IMG/VR virus record: IMGVR_UViG_3300022074_000013 | Span: 30,776-94,775 of that record | DNA: 64,000 nt | From: a virus | Direction: 5' to 3' (one strand) | Shown here: positions 20,259-29,778 of the stretch, in pieces | Numbering within the stretch: the first letter of the stretch is position 1 | Layout: each line of letters begins with the position of its first letter | Position numbers and translations under genes: made by a program | Notes under the pieces: model-generated | The model's database searches: none | The model's input: only the letters and a program-made list of their open reading frames with translations | Told to the model about the DNA's origin: nothing

Positions 20259-21572
20259 ATGTTTTTATCTGAAAACTTACAGGAAAAGTGGCAACCTATC
20301 CTAGAGCATTCTGATTTGCCAAAAATCGAAGACTCTTACAAGAAGGCTGTTACCGCAGTAATCCTAGAAAACCAAGAAAAAGCTCTTAACGAAGATAGAG
20401 TTTCTCTTGACGAAGCTGCACCTTTAAATGCTACTGGCAGTTCTGCTGTATCTAACTGGGATCCAATCCTAATTAGTCTAGTAAGACGAGCTATGCCTAA
20501 CTTGGTTGCTTACGACATTTGTGGTGTTCAACCAATGACTGGGCCAACAGGACTTATCTTTGCTATGAAAGCAAGGTATAACGACTATCCGACTCAAGGA
20601 CGTGAAGGTAAAACTGAAGCTTTAGGGCTTGACGAACCTCATACTCCTTATTCGGCTGCTGCTCAGACAACTTCAGCTGGTGCATTAACAGCTGCAATCA
20701 GTGACCCATTTGACACTAGTTCGCCTTCTTATGAAGACACAACTGGTTCAGGTATGTCTACTGCAACTGCAGAAGCATTAGGTGATGTCGAAGCTTCCAA
20801 CGGATTCGCTCAAATGGCTTTCACAATTGAGAAAGCTACAGTAACTGCTAAATCAAGAGCACTTAAAGCGGAATATACTTTAGAATTGGCACAAGACCTT
20901 AAAGCAATTCACGGTCTAGACGCTGAATCTGAACTCGCTAACATACTATCATCTGAAATCCTTGCGGAAATCAACAGAGAAGTAGTAAGAAACGTTAACA
21001 TACAAGCTAAAGTAGGTGCATCTGCAACTGCTTCTGCTGGTACTTTCAACTTAGATGTTGATGCTAACGGACGTTGGTCAGTTGAGAAATTCAAAGGTCT
21101 ATTATTCCAAATAGAAAGAGAATCAAATGTAATCGCAAAAGAAACAAGACGTGGTAAAGGTAACTTTATCCTTTGTTCTTCTGACGTTGCATCTGCTTTA
21201 TCAATGGCTGGTGTATTAGATTATACTCCTGCGCTTAACACTGACATTAACGTTGACGATACTGGTAATACTTTTGCTGGTGTTCTAAACGGTAGAGTTA
21301 AAGTTTATATCGACCCATATGCTGGTGTTGATTACTTGACTGTCGGTTACAGAGGGTCTAACCCTTATGACGCTGGACTTTTCTATTGCCCATACGTTCC
21401 ATTACAAATGGTTCGTGCCGTTGGTGAGAATACTTTCCAACCAAAAATTGGTTTCAAAACTAGATACGGAATGGTATCTAACCCATTCGTAGGTTCTACA
21501 CCTGCTAATGGTCTAGCTTCTGCTGGTACAAACCAATACTACAGAAAGTTCGCAGTATCTAACATTCTATAA
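20259..21572 (+). CDS. g23: Major capsid protein gp23
   Basis: 'LISLVRRAMPNLVAYDICGVQPMTGPTGLIFAM' and 'FQPKIGFKTRYG'. Confidence 0.99.
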   Translation: MFLSENLQEKWQPILEHSDLPKIEDSYKKAVTAVILENQEKALNEDRVSLDEAAPLNATGSSAVSNWDPILISLVRRAMPNLVAYDICGVQPMTGPTGLIFAMKARYNDYPTQGREGKTEALGLDEPHTPYSAAAQTTSAGALTAAISDPFDTSSPSYEDTTGSGMSTATAEALGDVEASNGFAQMAFTIEKATVTAKSRALKAEYTLELAQDLKAIHGLDAESELANILSSEILAEINREVVRNVNIQAKVGASATASAGTFNLDVDANGRWSVEKFKGLLFQIERESNVIAKETRRGKGNFILCSSDVASALSMAGVLDYTPALNTDINVDDTGNTFAGVLNGRVKVYIDPYAGVDYLTVGYRGSNPYDAGLFYCPYVPLQMVRAVGENTFQPKIGFKTRYGMVSNPFVGSTPANGLASAGTNQYYRKFAVSNIL

Positions 21573-21596
21573 AGAATAGTTACTCAACCGAAATTA

Positions 21597-21624
21597 AAAA
21601 CCCCAGTTCGCTGGGGTTTTTTTT
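21597..21624 (+). terminator. Rho-independent terminator after g23
   Basis: AAAACCCCAG-TTCG-CTGGGGTTTT followed by a T run. Confidence 0.9.
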
Positions 21625-21672
21625 GTTCTAAATAAAAGTGATACAAATCATTCGTGCAGGACGGTAGTATCT

Positions 21673-21704
21673 AAAACCCCACTTCGGTGGGGTTTTTCTT
21701 TTTT
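21673..21704 (+). terminator. Second rho-independent terminator
   Basis: AAAACCCCAC-TTCG-GTGGGGTTTT followed by a T-rich tail. Confidence 0.85.
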
Positions 21705-21743
21705 GTGTCTCAATTGTGACAGTTGTGTGACACTTTCGTGTCT
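21704..21743. promoter_or_regulatory. Four 7-bp direct repeats with 11-bp period (Pho-box/OmpR-family-like)
   Basis: TGTGTCT(21704), TGTGACA(21715), TGTGACA(21726), CGTGTCT(21737). The minus strand reads TGTCACA-CAAC-TGTCACA. Confidence 0.5.
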
Positions 21744-21752
21744 ATATACTAT

Positions 21753-21872
21753 ATGGCGTATATAAAACAAATAAACAAAAGATTTCATAAATTTATGAAG
21801 TGCGGTAGACTACCCAAGGTTATCAAACTAGCAGGACTCAGTGAGTTAAAGTTAGAATCAGAACAGTCTTAG
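21753..21872 (+). CDS. Small basic hypothetical protein, 39 aa; absent from ORF track
   Basis: MAYIKQINKRFHKFMKCGRLPKVIKLAGLSELKLESEQS fills the gap downstream of the repeat array. Confidence 0.5.
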   Translation: MAYIKQINKRFHKFMKCGRLPKVIKLAGLSELKLESEQS

Positions 21873-21891
21873 AAATTACCTAAATAGGTAT

Positions 21892-22428
21892 ATGACTACG
21901 ATTAACAAATCTATACTTCAAAAGAACAACTTTAGACTTCTCATCGATAAAGTTCCAACGGTGGAATACTTCGTGCGTACTGCAAATATTCCTGGCATAT
22001 CATTCAGTGAGACTGCTGTACCAGCAGGTATAGGACTGGACGCATATTTTCCAGGCGATAAAGTTGAATTTGAAAAGTTATCTGTATCGTTTTTGGTAGA
22101 CGAAGATTTACAGAACTTCAAAGAAGTATATGATTGGATGGATTCTATTGTACCTATACAAGACCCGTCTAAGTACAAAACACTTGTTGGTACAACTGCA
22201 ACAGCAACAAACCAGTTTTCAAGTGCAGGTAATGACCTAAGTCAATATAGCATGATTACACTCGTACTAAATACAAATAAGAATATACCAAACAGATTCT
22301 TTAAATTTTATGACGCATTTCCAACGTCACTAAGTGGATTGGAACTTGCATCAGGAGAGAGTGGTGAAGCTGTAATATGTACAGTAGACTTTAGATTTAC
22401 TTATTATGAGATAGGAACCACTAGTTAA
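21892..22428 (+). CDS. g3: Tail tube terminator/completion protein gp3
   Basis: 'FRLLIDKVPTVEYFVRTANIPGISF', 'FLVDEDLQNF' and 'DAFPTSLSGL'. Confidence 0.9.
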   Translation: MTTINKSILQKNNFRLLIDKVPTVEYFVRTANIPGISFSETAVPAGIGLDAYFPGDKVEFEKLSVSFLVDEDLQNFKEVYDWMDSIVPIQDPSKYKTLVGTTATATNQFSSAGNDLSQYSMITLVLNTNKNIPNRFFKFYDAFPTSLSGLELASGESGEAVICTVDFRFTYYEIGTTS

Positions 22429-22456
22429 AAACACATTTTCGTGATATAATTATAGT

Positions 22457-22900
22457 ATGAACTTAGAAGAGCTACGCAAAGAGTGGGCTAAGGATTGTGA
22501 AGTTGACGATATCGAACTAGATAAATCGTCTCTAGAAGTCCCCAAACTACACGCAAAATATCAAGAATTCTTGACCGATAATATATTGGTTCTCAAGAAC
22601 TTAGAATTCCAATACAATATCCTGCTTAAAAATAAGTGGTTATGGTATAACGGAAAGATGTCTGAGGAACAAATAAAAGAACTTGGTTGGGAAGACGACC
22701 CCTTTGACGGTCTCAAAGTCATGAAGAATGATATGCAGATATGGTATAACGCTGACCAAGACTTACAAAGAATGAATGGTAAAGTGGAGTATCAAAAAAT
22801 CGTTATCAACTTCTTGAAAGAGTGTATGCAAAATATCACTTGGAGACACCAAACGATTAAGAATACAATCGACTGGCGAAAGTTTATGGCGGGACAATGA
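22457..22900 (+). CDS. uvsY: Recombination mediator UvsY
   Basis: 'WAKDCEVDDIELDKSSLEVPKLHAKY' and 'IKNTIDWRKF'. Confidence 0.93.
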   Translation: MNLEELRKEWAKDCEVDDIELDKSSLEVPKLHAKYQEFLTDNILVLKNLEFQYNILLKNKWLWYNGKMSEEQIKELGWEDDPFDGLKVMKNDMQIWYNADQDLQRMNGKVEYQKIVINFLKECMQNITWRHQTIKNTIDWRKFMAGQ

Positions 22901-23601
22901 TACTCAATAATTATATGTTTACAGCACCTGAATTCTTTACTAGAGAAGAAGTTGCACAAATACATCAACATGCCAAAGGAATTCCATTAGATTTAGGACG
23001 TACAGGAAACGGACAAATGAATGACCCTGATAGGGCACCTGACTCAGTAGACATGTCCGTGGCAGCTGAAATAAGACAATCAAAGGTAAAATGGTTTCTT
23101 GGTCAAGACCCAAGGTATAGAATGCCTGACAATATCATGGAAAAGATTAATGAGATTGTTGCCCAAGGAATGGACGAGTGTGGTTGGAACTTCAATTTAT
23201 CTTGGATAGAAAACTTTCAATACACAATCTACGACTACGAACCTGATTTACCTACAGGTGATTTCTATACATGGCATACAGACCATGGTGGTGAGTCAAT
23301 CATGAGTATGGAAGGAATGCCAGAACACAGAAAGATTAGTATGACTATACAATTATCTGACCCTTTAGATTATGAAGGTGGTAAGTTTCAATGGTTAGAA
23401 CCAAATCCACAGTTTGATAAAATTAAGTTTGGTGATAAAAAACTTGATATCGATAAAGCAGTAAGAACTTTACCATTCAGTGCACAAGCAATCGGTTCAA
23501 TATGTTTATTTCCAAGTTGGTTATATCACCAAGTCACACCAGTAACGAGAGGAACTAGAGTATCAATAGTAGGTTGGTACAACGGCCCAGCATGGACTTA
23601 A
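22897..23601 (+). CDS. 2OG-Fe(II) oxygenase (PKHD-type)
   Basis: 'FYTWHTD', 'RKISMTIQLSDPLDYEGG' and 'FPSWLYHQVTPVTRGTRVSIVGW'. Confidence 0.9.
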   Translation: MILNNYMFTAPEFFTREEVAQIHQHAKGIPLDLGRTGNGQMNDPDRAPDSVDMSVAAEIRQSKVKWFLGQDPRYRMPDNIMEKINEIVAQGMDECGWNFNLSWIENFQYTIYDYEPDLPTGDFYTWHTDHGGESIMSMEGMPEHRKISMTIQLSDPLDYEGGKFQWLEPNPQFDKIKFGDKKLDIDKAVRTLPFSAQAIGSICLFPSWLYHQVTPVTRGTRVSIVGWYNGPAWT

Positions 23602-24995
23602 AAATTTCTAAAGTCAATGAAGTCTTTATGAAGATTTCGTGTGACGACTCAATCGCTAAAGACTTGCACGATTACTTTTCATTTAAAGTACCTAACGCAA
23701 AATTTATGCCTTCCTATAAAAATAGACGTTGGGACGGTAAAGTATATCTGTTCAGTATCAAGACACACAAAATCTATATTGGATTACTTCCATACATTGC
23801 TGAGTTCTGTGAAGAAAGACAATACAAGTATTCGGTAGAAGAAGACGTTATTACTAAGAATGAAATTACCGAAGACGAATACAATAAGTTTATAGACCAA
23901 TTAAACCTACCGTTTGAACCTAGAGATTATCAAAAGGAAGCATTTCTAAAGAGTATCGAATACGGAAGAAAGTTACTAGTATCACCGACTGCGAGTGGTA
24001 AGTCATTAATCATTTATTTACTTGCACGTTATTATAATAAAAAAACAATTGTCATTGTACCTACTACTTCTTTGGTAGAACAAATGACAAAAGATTTTCA
24101 GGAGTATGGATATGATAAAGAAATTTGCAAAATATACAGCGGGCAACCTGTATTCGATTCAGACATTACGATTACAACTTGGCAGTCTTTATCTAAAGCA
24201 CCTACTGACGTTCTTGCGAAGTTTGAAGTTGTTGTCGGAGACGAAGCCCACCTCTTCAAAGCAAACGTCCTCAAAGGAATCCTCGAAAAAATGAGAAGTA
24301 CCGCAGTACGTTTTGGTACTACAGGTACGTTAGACGGTACAGAAGTCCACAGGCTACAGTTAGAAGGACTCTTTGGGCCAGCGACTAAGGTTATATCAAC
24401 TTTCGACCTTATTGAGGAAGGTACAATTGCAAGTATAGACATTGACGTTATCATATTGGAACATGAGAAAACTGCTAAGTTAAAGTATCAGGACGAAATG
24501 GATTACTTAGTAGGGAATCAAAAGAGAAATGATTTCATATGTAATCTTGTTTACTCACTAAAAGGGAACACACTTTGTTTGTTTCAGTATGTAGAAAAAC
24601 ATGGATTTGTTTTATACACATTAATGAAAGAAAGAATAGATAATCTTCATTATGTTTATGGTGGAACTGATACAAAAGATAGAGAAGAGATTAGAGGATT
24701 GGTAGAGAAACAAGATGACGCCTGTATTCTTGCGTCATATGGCACCTTCAGCACTGGTGTTAATATAAAGAAGATAGATAACATAATTTTTGCTTCGCCT
24801 TCTAAATCTAGAATACGTAACTTACAATCCATTGGACGTGGATTGAGAAAGGGTAATGGTAAAGAAAATCTAAGACTATTTGATATCGCAGACGATTTGT
24901 GGGGAGACAACTACACATTACGTCACTTAAAAGACCGTATAAATATTTACAACGAGGAACAATTTCCTTATAACATTAAACAATTTAAATTATGA
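23592..24995 (+). CDS. uvsW: DNA helicase UvsW
   Basis: 'SPTASGKS', 'DEAH' and 'LQSIGRGLR'. Start placed at MDLKIS. Confidence 0.95.
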   Translation: MDLKISKVNEVFMKISCDDSIAKDLHDYFSFKVPNAKFMPSYKNRRWDGKVYLFSIKTHKIYIGLLPYIAEFCEERQYKYSVEEDVITKNEITEDEYNKFIDQLNLPFEPRDYQKEAFLKSIEYGRKLLVSPTASGKSLIIYLLARYYNKKTIVIVPTTSLVEQMTKDFQEYGYDKEICKIYSGQPVFDSDITITTWQSLSKAPTDVLAKFEVVVGDEAHLFKANVLKGILEKMRSTAVRFGTTGTLDGTEVHRLQLEGLFGPATKVISTFDLIEEGTIASIDIDVIILEHEKTAKLKYQDEMDYLVGNQKRNDFICNLVYSLKGNTLCLFQYVEKHGFVLYTLMKERIDNLHYVYGGTDTKDREEIRGLVEKQDDACILASYGTFSTGVNIKKIDNIIFASPSKSRIRNLQSIGRGLRKGNGKENLRLFDIADDLWGDNYTLRHLKDRINIYNEEQFPYNIKQFKL

Positions 24996-25012
24996 ACCAA
25001 CTAAATATAGAT

Positions 25013-25528
25013 ATGGATAACGTAACATCTTTAGCACCAAACAAGTATGAGGTAATCAAACTCAAGACTGGTTTAGATATAGTCGGAATGGTAAGAGATT
25101 CACAGGAAGGTATACACATTACACTTCCTATGATATGTCAATTACAATTGACTCAAACTAATGATACCCTATCAACGTTTATTCCTTATGCACCTCTCAG
25201 TGCAGAACCGACTTTATTCATTCCCGACAATCACATTGTACATAGGAATAAACTTAACGAGCAATTCGTTAAATACTATGACAATGCATCTGCTAGGTGG
25301 TTAGAAATGGTTGAGAACGGAACCATACCAGTTAAGTCAGGAAAAGAATATCAAGACGATATAAAAGCATATGTGGATAGAGCAATGCAGAGTATCATGG
25401 ACGCAACTGGAGGCCCAATCACACCCGAAGAACTCAGGAGATTGGAAATATTGGAAGATGAAGATTTTGATTTAGAAACAGAGTATGAACAACATCTGAT
25501 TACTAAAGGCAAAAAGATTCTTCACTAA
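25013..25528 (+). CDS. Conserved T4-like hypothetical protein (Sm-like N-terminus)
   Basis: 'VIKLKTGLDIVG'; usual position after uvsW. Start set 5 nt after ACTAAATA. Confidence 0.65.
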   Translation: MDNVTSLAPNKYEVIKLKTGLDIVGMVRDSQEGIHITLPMICQLQLTQTNDTLSTFIPYAPLSAEPTLFIPDNHIVHRNKLNEQFVKYYDNASARWLEMVENGTIPVKSGKEYQDDIKAYVDRAMQSIMDATGGPITPEELRRLEILEDEDFDLETEYEQHLITKGKKILH

Positions 25529-25776
25529 TGGCAATTTGGTATTTAAATATGTTACAAGAAGACGAACAAGGTATGAAACAGTTCGACCATTTGTTACACC
25601 AGTATTGGAGTGACGATAAGTTGAAAAAGGCAGAGGTATATGTAACTGACCAAGGGTATGGTTGCAGGTATTACGAAGACCATATGTGGAAGAAGGATAT
25701 CGTGTATAAGAATCATTCTGAATCATATGCAGAGTCAGCTGCTGAGAATTATGTCTTAGGAATTTTACAGTTATAA
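25528..25776 (+). CDS. Hypothetical protein
   Basis: Coupled ORF with 'HSESYAESAAENYVLG'. Confidence 0.7.
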   Translation: MAIWYLNMLQEDEQGMKQFDHLLHQYWSDDKLKKAEVYVTDQGYGCRYYEDHMWKKDIVYKNHSESYAESAAENYVLGILQL

Positions 25777-25840
25777 ATAAAACGGATTGATATAACATTC
25801 AGTTATATTGTTTCATTAACCCTGTTTATATGGAGAAACC

Positions 25841-26014
25841 ATGACCACAATTGCATACGCAATGAAGAGCATGGTGCGAAAGGTTGACGGACTAAGAGAA
25901 AATGGCATTTATTGCCGATTCTGCGATGCAGTGCAAATGGTCACACTAATGACTCTTCCAATAGCGATACCTTTTATAATAATGTATCTTACGATACTAC
26001 AGTATAGATTGTAA
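25841..26014 (+). CDS. Small membrane protein, 57 aa; absent from ORF track
   Basis: SD GGAGA, late promoter at 25772, CxxC and a C-terminal TM segment. Confidence 0.6.
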   Translation: MTTIAYAMKSMVRKVDGLRENGIYCRFCDAVQMVTLMTLPIAIPFIIMYLTILQYRL

Positions 26015-26050
26015 TCATTATATAAGCTAGCTTGTCGGGGCGACATAGTT

Positions 26051-26079
26051 AGGATATCAGATAGAAATGATTCTGTCTA
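26051..26079 (-). promoter_or_regulatory. Putative antisense sigma70 promoter (TAGACA-17-TATCCT)
   Basis: The minus strand reads aaaaagtatc TAGACA gaatcatttctatctga TATCCT. Confidence 0.4.
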
Positions 26080-26102
26080 GATACTTTTTACATTAAATTA
26101 TT

Positions 26103-26366
26103 ATGAGTAAACGAAAAATCTTAGATTCTTGGAAAAGACCAATAGAAGTAGAGGACTCCGATTCCGATATAATTCCTGAACAGTTAAAGTTCCAATTCCA
26201 ACCTAGAGACGCTACACCTGAACAGATTGCTAAATGGCAAGAGACGGAAGGTAAATGGTGGGCGGATAGAGCTTTATTGTTTGTTGCAATTGCGTCAGTG
26301 ATACAGTTTTCTGCAATGGGTATGATGTTGTTATCCTTTTATCTGATACAACTTTCAGTTGGATAA
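26103..26366 (+). CDS. Hypothetical membrane protein
   Basis: C-terminal hydrophobic segment. Confidence 0.65.
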   Translation: MSKRKILDSWKRPIEVEDSDSDIIPEQLKFQFQPRDATPEQIAKWQETEGKWWADRALLFVAIASVIQFSAMGMMLLSFYLIQLSVG

Positions 26367-26371
26367 ATACT

Positions 26372-26410
26372 AAAAACCCTCTTACATATTAGTAAGTATT
26401 AACATATAAT
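26372..26410 (+). promoter_or_regulatory. sigma70 'middle-type' promoter AAAAACCCT-CTTACA-18-TATAAT
   Basis: Motif shared with 38332, 47412, 49997, 50521 and 57417. Confidence 0.7.
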
Positions 26411-26416
26411 AGATAC

Positions 26417-26989
26417 ATGACTAAAAAAACCACTGATAAGAAACAAGCGGAACATTACGTAAATAACAAAGAGTTTACAGCTGCCGTTGCGGAGTACAAT
26501 GCGTCCGTTAAACTTGCAGAAGAAAAAGGTAAACAACCACCACGTATGACAGAATATATTGGTGAGTGTATTTACAAGATTGCAACCCGTTTGTCCACAC
26601 GTCCAAATTTCATTAACTATACCTATAGAGATGAAATGATTTGTGACGCTATAGAAAACTGTCTACAGTATATAAACAACTTCAACGTTGAAAAATCTAA
26701 CAATGCATTCGCATACGTTACACAAATTTGTTACTATGCATTCCTAAGACGTATTCAAAAAGAAAAGAAACAAGTCTTTATCAAGCAAAAACAGATAGAA
26801 GAAGCGGGTATTACAATGGACGCTTATACTACTATTGACGGTTCTCATGACCCTACATTTGTAAATACAAACGTAGAATGGATGCAGGAACACATGAACC
26901 ACGTGGAATATGAACCACGTAAAAGTAAAAAGAAGTCAGGTAAAGCAAAAGCAAATCTTGACCAAGACTTGAGCAAAAACAACACTTAA
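26417..26989 (+). CDS. g55: Late-transcription sigma factor gp55
   Basis: 'HYVNNKEF', 'RPNFINYTYRDEMICDAIENC' and 'YYAFLRRIQKEKKQ'. Confidence 0.97.
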   Translation: MTKKTTDKKQAEHYVNNKEFTAAVAEYNASVKLAEEKGKQPPRMTEYIGECIYKIATRLSTRPNFINYTYRDEMICDAIENCLQYINNFNVEKSNNAFAYVTQICYYAFLRRIQKEKKQVFIKQKQIEEAGITMDAYTTIDGSHDPTFVNTNVEWMQEHMNHVEYEPRKSKKKSGKAKANLDQDLSKNNT

Positions 26990-28056
26990 TGAAAATAGCT
27001 ATTTTGAATGACACACATTGCGGTGTCAGGAACGATATGGTTGAAATGTCTGATTATCAGGGACGTTTCTATAAAGAGATATTCTTTCCATATCTAGACC
27101 AACACGATATCAAACATATCATTCATATGGGTGATTATTTTGATAGACGAAAATTCATAAACTTTGCGTCCATGCAAAGAAACATTGAGCACTTTGTAAA
27201 ACCTATGATAGAAAGAGGTATTACAATGGACTTGATAATAGGTAACCATGATACCTATTATAAGAACACTAACGAAGTAAACTCACCTGCCTTATTACTA
27301 TACGGTCAACCTAATATCACTGTACATGAAGAACCTGTAGTTAAAGAATATGACGGTTTAGATGTTGCACTTGTTCCATGGATTAATAATGAAAACTATG
27401 CAGACAATATAGAGTTCTTTCAATCCGCACCAGCACCAATCTGTATGGGACACTTTGAAATAGAAGGTGCCATGATGAATCCTGCAATGGTATGTTCACA
27501 CGGATTAAACCCAAGTTACTTGAAGAGATTTGAAAAAGTTTACAGTGGTCACTTCCACCACAAAACAGACGTAGAGAATATACGCTACGTAGGTTCACAA
27601 ATGCAATTCACTTGGTCAGATTTTGGAGACGAAAAATATTTCCATATCTTTGATACTGATACAAGAGAAATGTTACCTGTGCATAATCCACTAACAATGT
27701 TTGAAAAGGCATTCTATAATGATACCGAAGAATCTTTTGAATCGATTGCTAATGACGATTATGAAAAGTACAGAGGAAAGTTTGTAAAGGTAATCGTAAT
27801 AGAAAAGGAGAACCCATATTGGTTTGATACATTCCTAGACAAACTTCATGGTGTCAATCCGTTACACGTATCAGTTGTAGACGATAACAAACACATGGAC
27901 TTCTTTGATGATGAAGAAATAGAAAATGTTGAAGACACATTGACTATCTTATCAAAGTACGTTGAAGGTCTAGAGATACAAGGTAAGAAAAAAGAACTAG
28001 ACAAAATAATGAAGTCACTGTACCATGAAGCATTGGAAGAACATAACTTTTTATGA
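26989..28056 (+). CDS. g47: Recombination endonuclease subunit gp47 (Mre11-like)
   Basis: 'DTHCGVR', 'GDYFDRR', 'GNHD' and 'SGHFHH'. Confidence 0.96.
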   Translation: MKIAILNDTHCGVRNDMVEMSDYQGRFYKEIFFPYLDQHDIKHIIHMGDYFDRRKFINFASMQRNIEHFVKPMIERGITMDLIIGNHDTYYKNTNEVNSPALLLYGQPNITVHEEPVVKEYDGLDVALVPWINNENYADNIEFFQSAPAPICMGHFEIEGAMMNPAMVCSHGLNPSYLKRFEKVYSGHFHHKTDVENIRYVGSQMQFTWSDFGDEKYFHIFDTDTREMLPVHNPLTMFEKAFYNDTEESFESIANDDYEKYRGKFVKVIVIEKENPYWFDTFLDKLHGVNPLHVSVVDDNKHMDFFDDEEIENVEDTLTILSKYVEGLEIQGKKKELDKIMKSLYHEALEEHNFL

Positions 28057-29768
28057 TAAATTTTAAAAAAGTAAGATACAAAAATCTATTATCAAGTGGT
28101 AACAAGTTTACCGAAATACGATTAGACAAACACCAAACGACTCTTATATTAGGTGAGAACGGCAGTGGTAAGTCTACACTTCTTGACGCTTTATGTTTTG
28201 GATTGTATGGACGTGGGTTTCGTAATCTAAAGAAAGATTTACTTATCAATAGTATCAACGAGAAAGGTCTAGAAGTAGAGATTGAATTCTCTATTGGTAC
28301 AAAACAATACAAGGTAATCCGTGGTGCAAAACCAAACAAGTTTGAATTATATCTTGATGACGTAATGCTTAATCAAGACGCAAACGTAAGAGACTACCAA
28401 GAACACTTAGAAAAACAAATTCTGAAAATGAGTTTCCGCTCATTTACACAGGTCGCAATATTAGGTTCTGCTAACTTTACTCCGTTCATGCAGTTGAAAG
28501 CAAAGGACAGAAGAAACTTAGTGGAAGACCTATTGGATATCTCTATATTCTCTACTATGCAAGACATACTAAGGAAAAGGATATCAACACATCAAAATGA
28601 AATCACTGAGACTAGTCATGAAATCAATATTATGGAAGAGAGGATTCATGGATTGAATGAGCAACTTAATGTACTACGTGAAAACCGAGAGAGTAAAATC
28701 TTAAAGTATGAATCCACAGTAGGGGAAACCCAAGATAACATTAATCAACTCATGGAGAACATAGATGAAAAGACGCAAGATGTGGTGGCGCAAGCACGAC
28801 TTATCGAGGATAAAGATACTAAAGAAAATAAACTCACAGAACTTATGGACTTGGAACGACAACTCGAAACGGCTCGTAAGAAAACAATTAGAGAAATCAA
28901 ATTCTACGAAGACAATGACGAATGTCCCACCTGCGAGCAGTCCTTAGATGAAACGCACAAGAAAGAACACATTGAACAGAAGGAGACTAAGAAGACGGAG
29001 TTGTCAACTGCTATCGAAGAAATTGAAAAACAAATCGGAGAGTGTTCAAGAAGACTTGAAGAAATAAGAGAAATTCAATCTAAGATAGAAGAGATACAGA
29101 AAAAAATAAGTCTCTTACAAACAGAAGTAGTATCCAATCAAAAGTATATTACTAAACTGCAAAAAGAAATCGAAGACCTAAAAGGTGAAGCAACTGCAGG
29201 TTCAGATGCAGAAGATAAAATTGTAGATTCAGAAGATAAACTCGAAGTTCTTTTACAGAAGAAAGAAACACAAACAGAAACTTCTCACTACTATGATATC
29301 GCTTCAACACTTCTTAGAGACCAAGGTGTAAAACAAAAGATTATCAAACAGTATGTTCCTATTATGAACAAACTAATCAACAAATATCTAGCACAACTAG
29401 AGTTCTATGTTGGTTTTGAGATTGACGAATCTTTTGAAGAAACAATCAAATCTAGATTCAGAGACGTATTCAAATACGATAATTTCTCTCAGGGTGAAAA
29501 GATGAGAATTGACTTATCATTACTATTCACTTGGAGAAGTATTGCAAGAATGAAAAATAGTGTTAACACTAATTTACTTATTCTTGACGAAGTATTTGAT
29601 AGTAGTTTAGATAGTGCTGGTACAGACGACTTCTTAAAACTATTGAATGGTATGCCTGAAAGAACAAACGCATTTATCATATCTCATAAAGGGGACGCAT
29701 TGTATGATAAGTTCAATGACGTACTACGTTTTGAGAAATATAAGAACTTTTCAAGGGTTATGGAGTGA
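28053..29768 (+). CDS. g46: Recombination ATPase gp46 (Rad50-like)
   Basis: 'GENGSGKS', CPTC hook, 'FSQGEKMRID' and 'LILDEVFD'. Confidence 0.97.
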   Translation: MINFKKVRYKNLLSSGNKFTEIRLDKHQTTLILGENGSGKSTLLDALCFGLYGRGFRNLKKDLLINSINEKGLEVEIEFSIGTKQYKVIRGAKPNKFELYLDDVMLNQDANVRDYQEHLEKQILKMSFRSFTQVAILGSANFTPFMQLKAKDRRNLVEDLLDISIFSTMQDILRKRISTHQNEITETSHEINIMEERIHGLNEQLNVLRENRESKILKYESTVGETQDNINQLMENIDEKTQDVVAQARLIEDKDTKENKLTELMDLERQLETARKKTIREIKFYEDNDECPTCEQSLDETHKKEHIEQKETKKTELSTAIEEIEKQIGECSRRLEEIREIQSKIEEIQKKISLLQTEVVSNQKYITKLQKEIEDLKGEATAGSDAEDKIVDSEDKLEVLLQKKETQTETSHYYDIASTLLRDQGVKQKIIKQYVPIMNKLINKYLAQLEFYVGFEIDESFEETIKSRFRDVFKYDNFSQGEKMRIDLSLLFTWRSIARMKNSVNTNLLILDEVFDSSLDSAGTDDFLKLLNGMPERTNAFIISHKGDALYDKFNDVLRFEKYKNFSRVME

Positions 29769-29778
29769 TAAATAAACG

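Noticed and set aside
21715-21732. CRP site linked to the phage adenylate cyclase
   Set aside because: The TGTGA half-sites are direct repeats, not the TGTGA-N6-TCACA palindrome.
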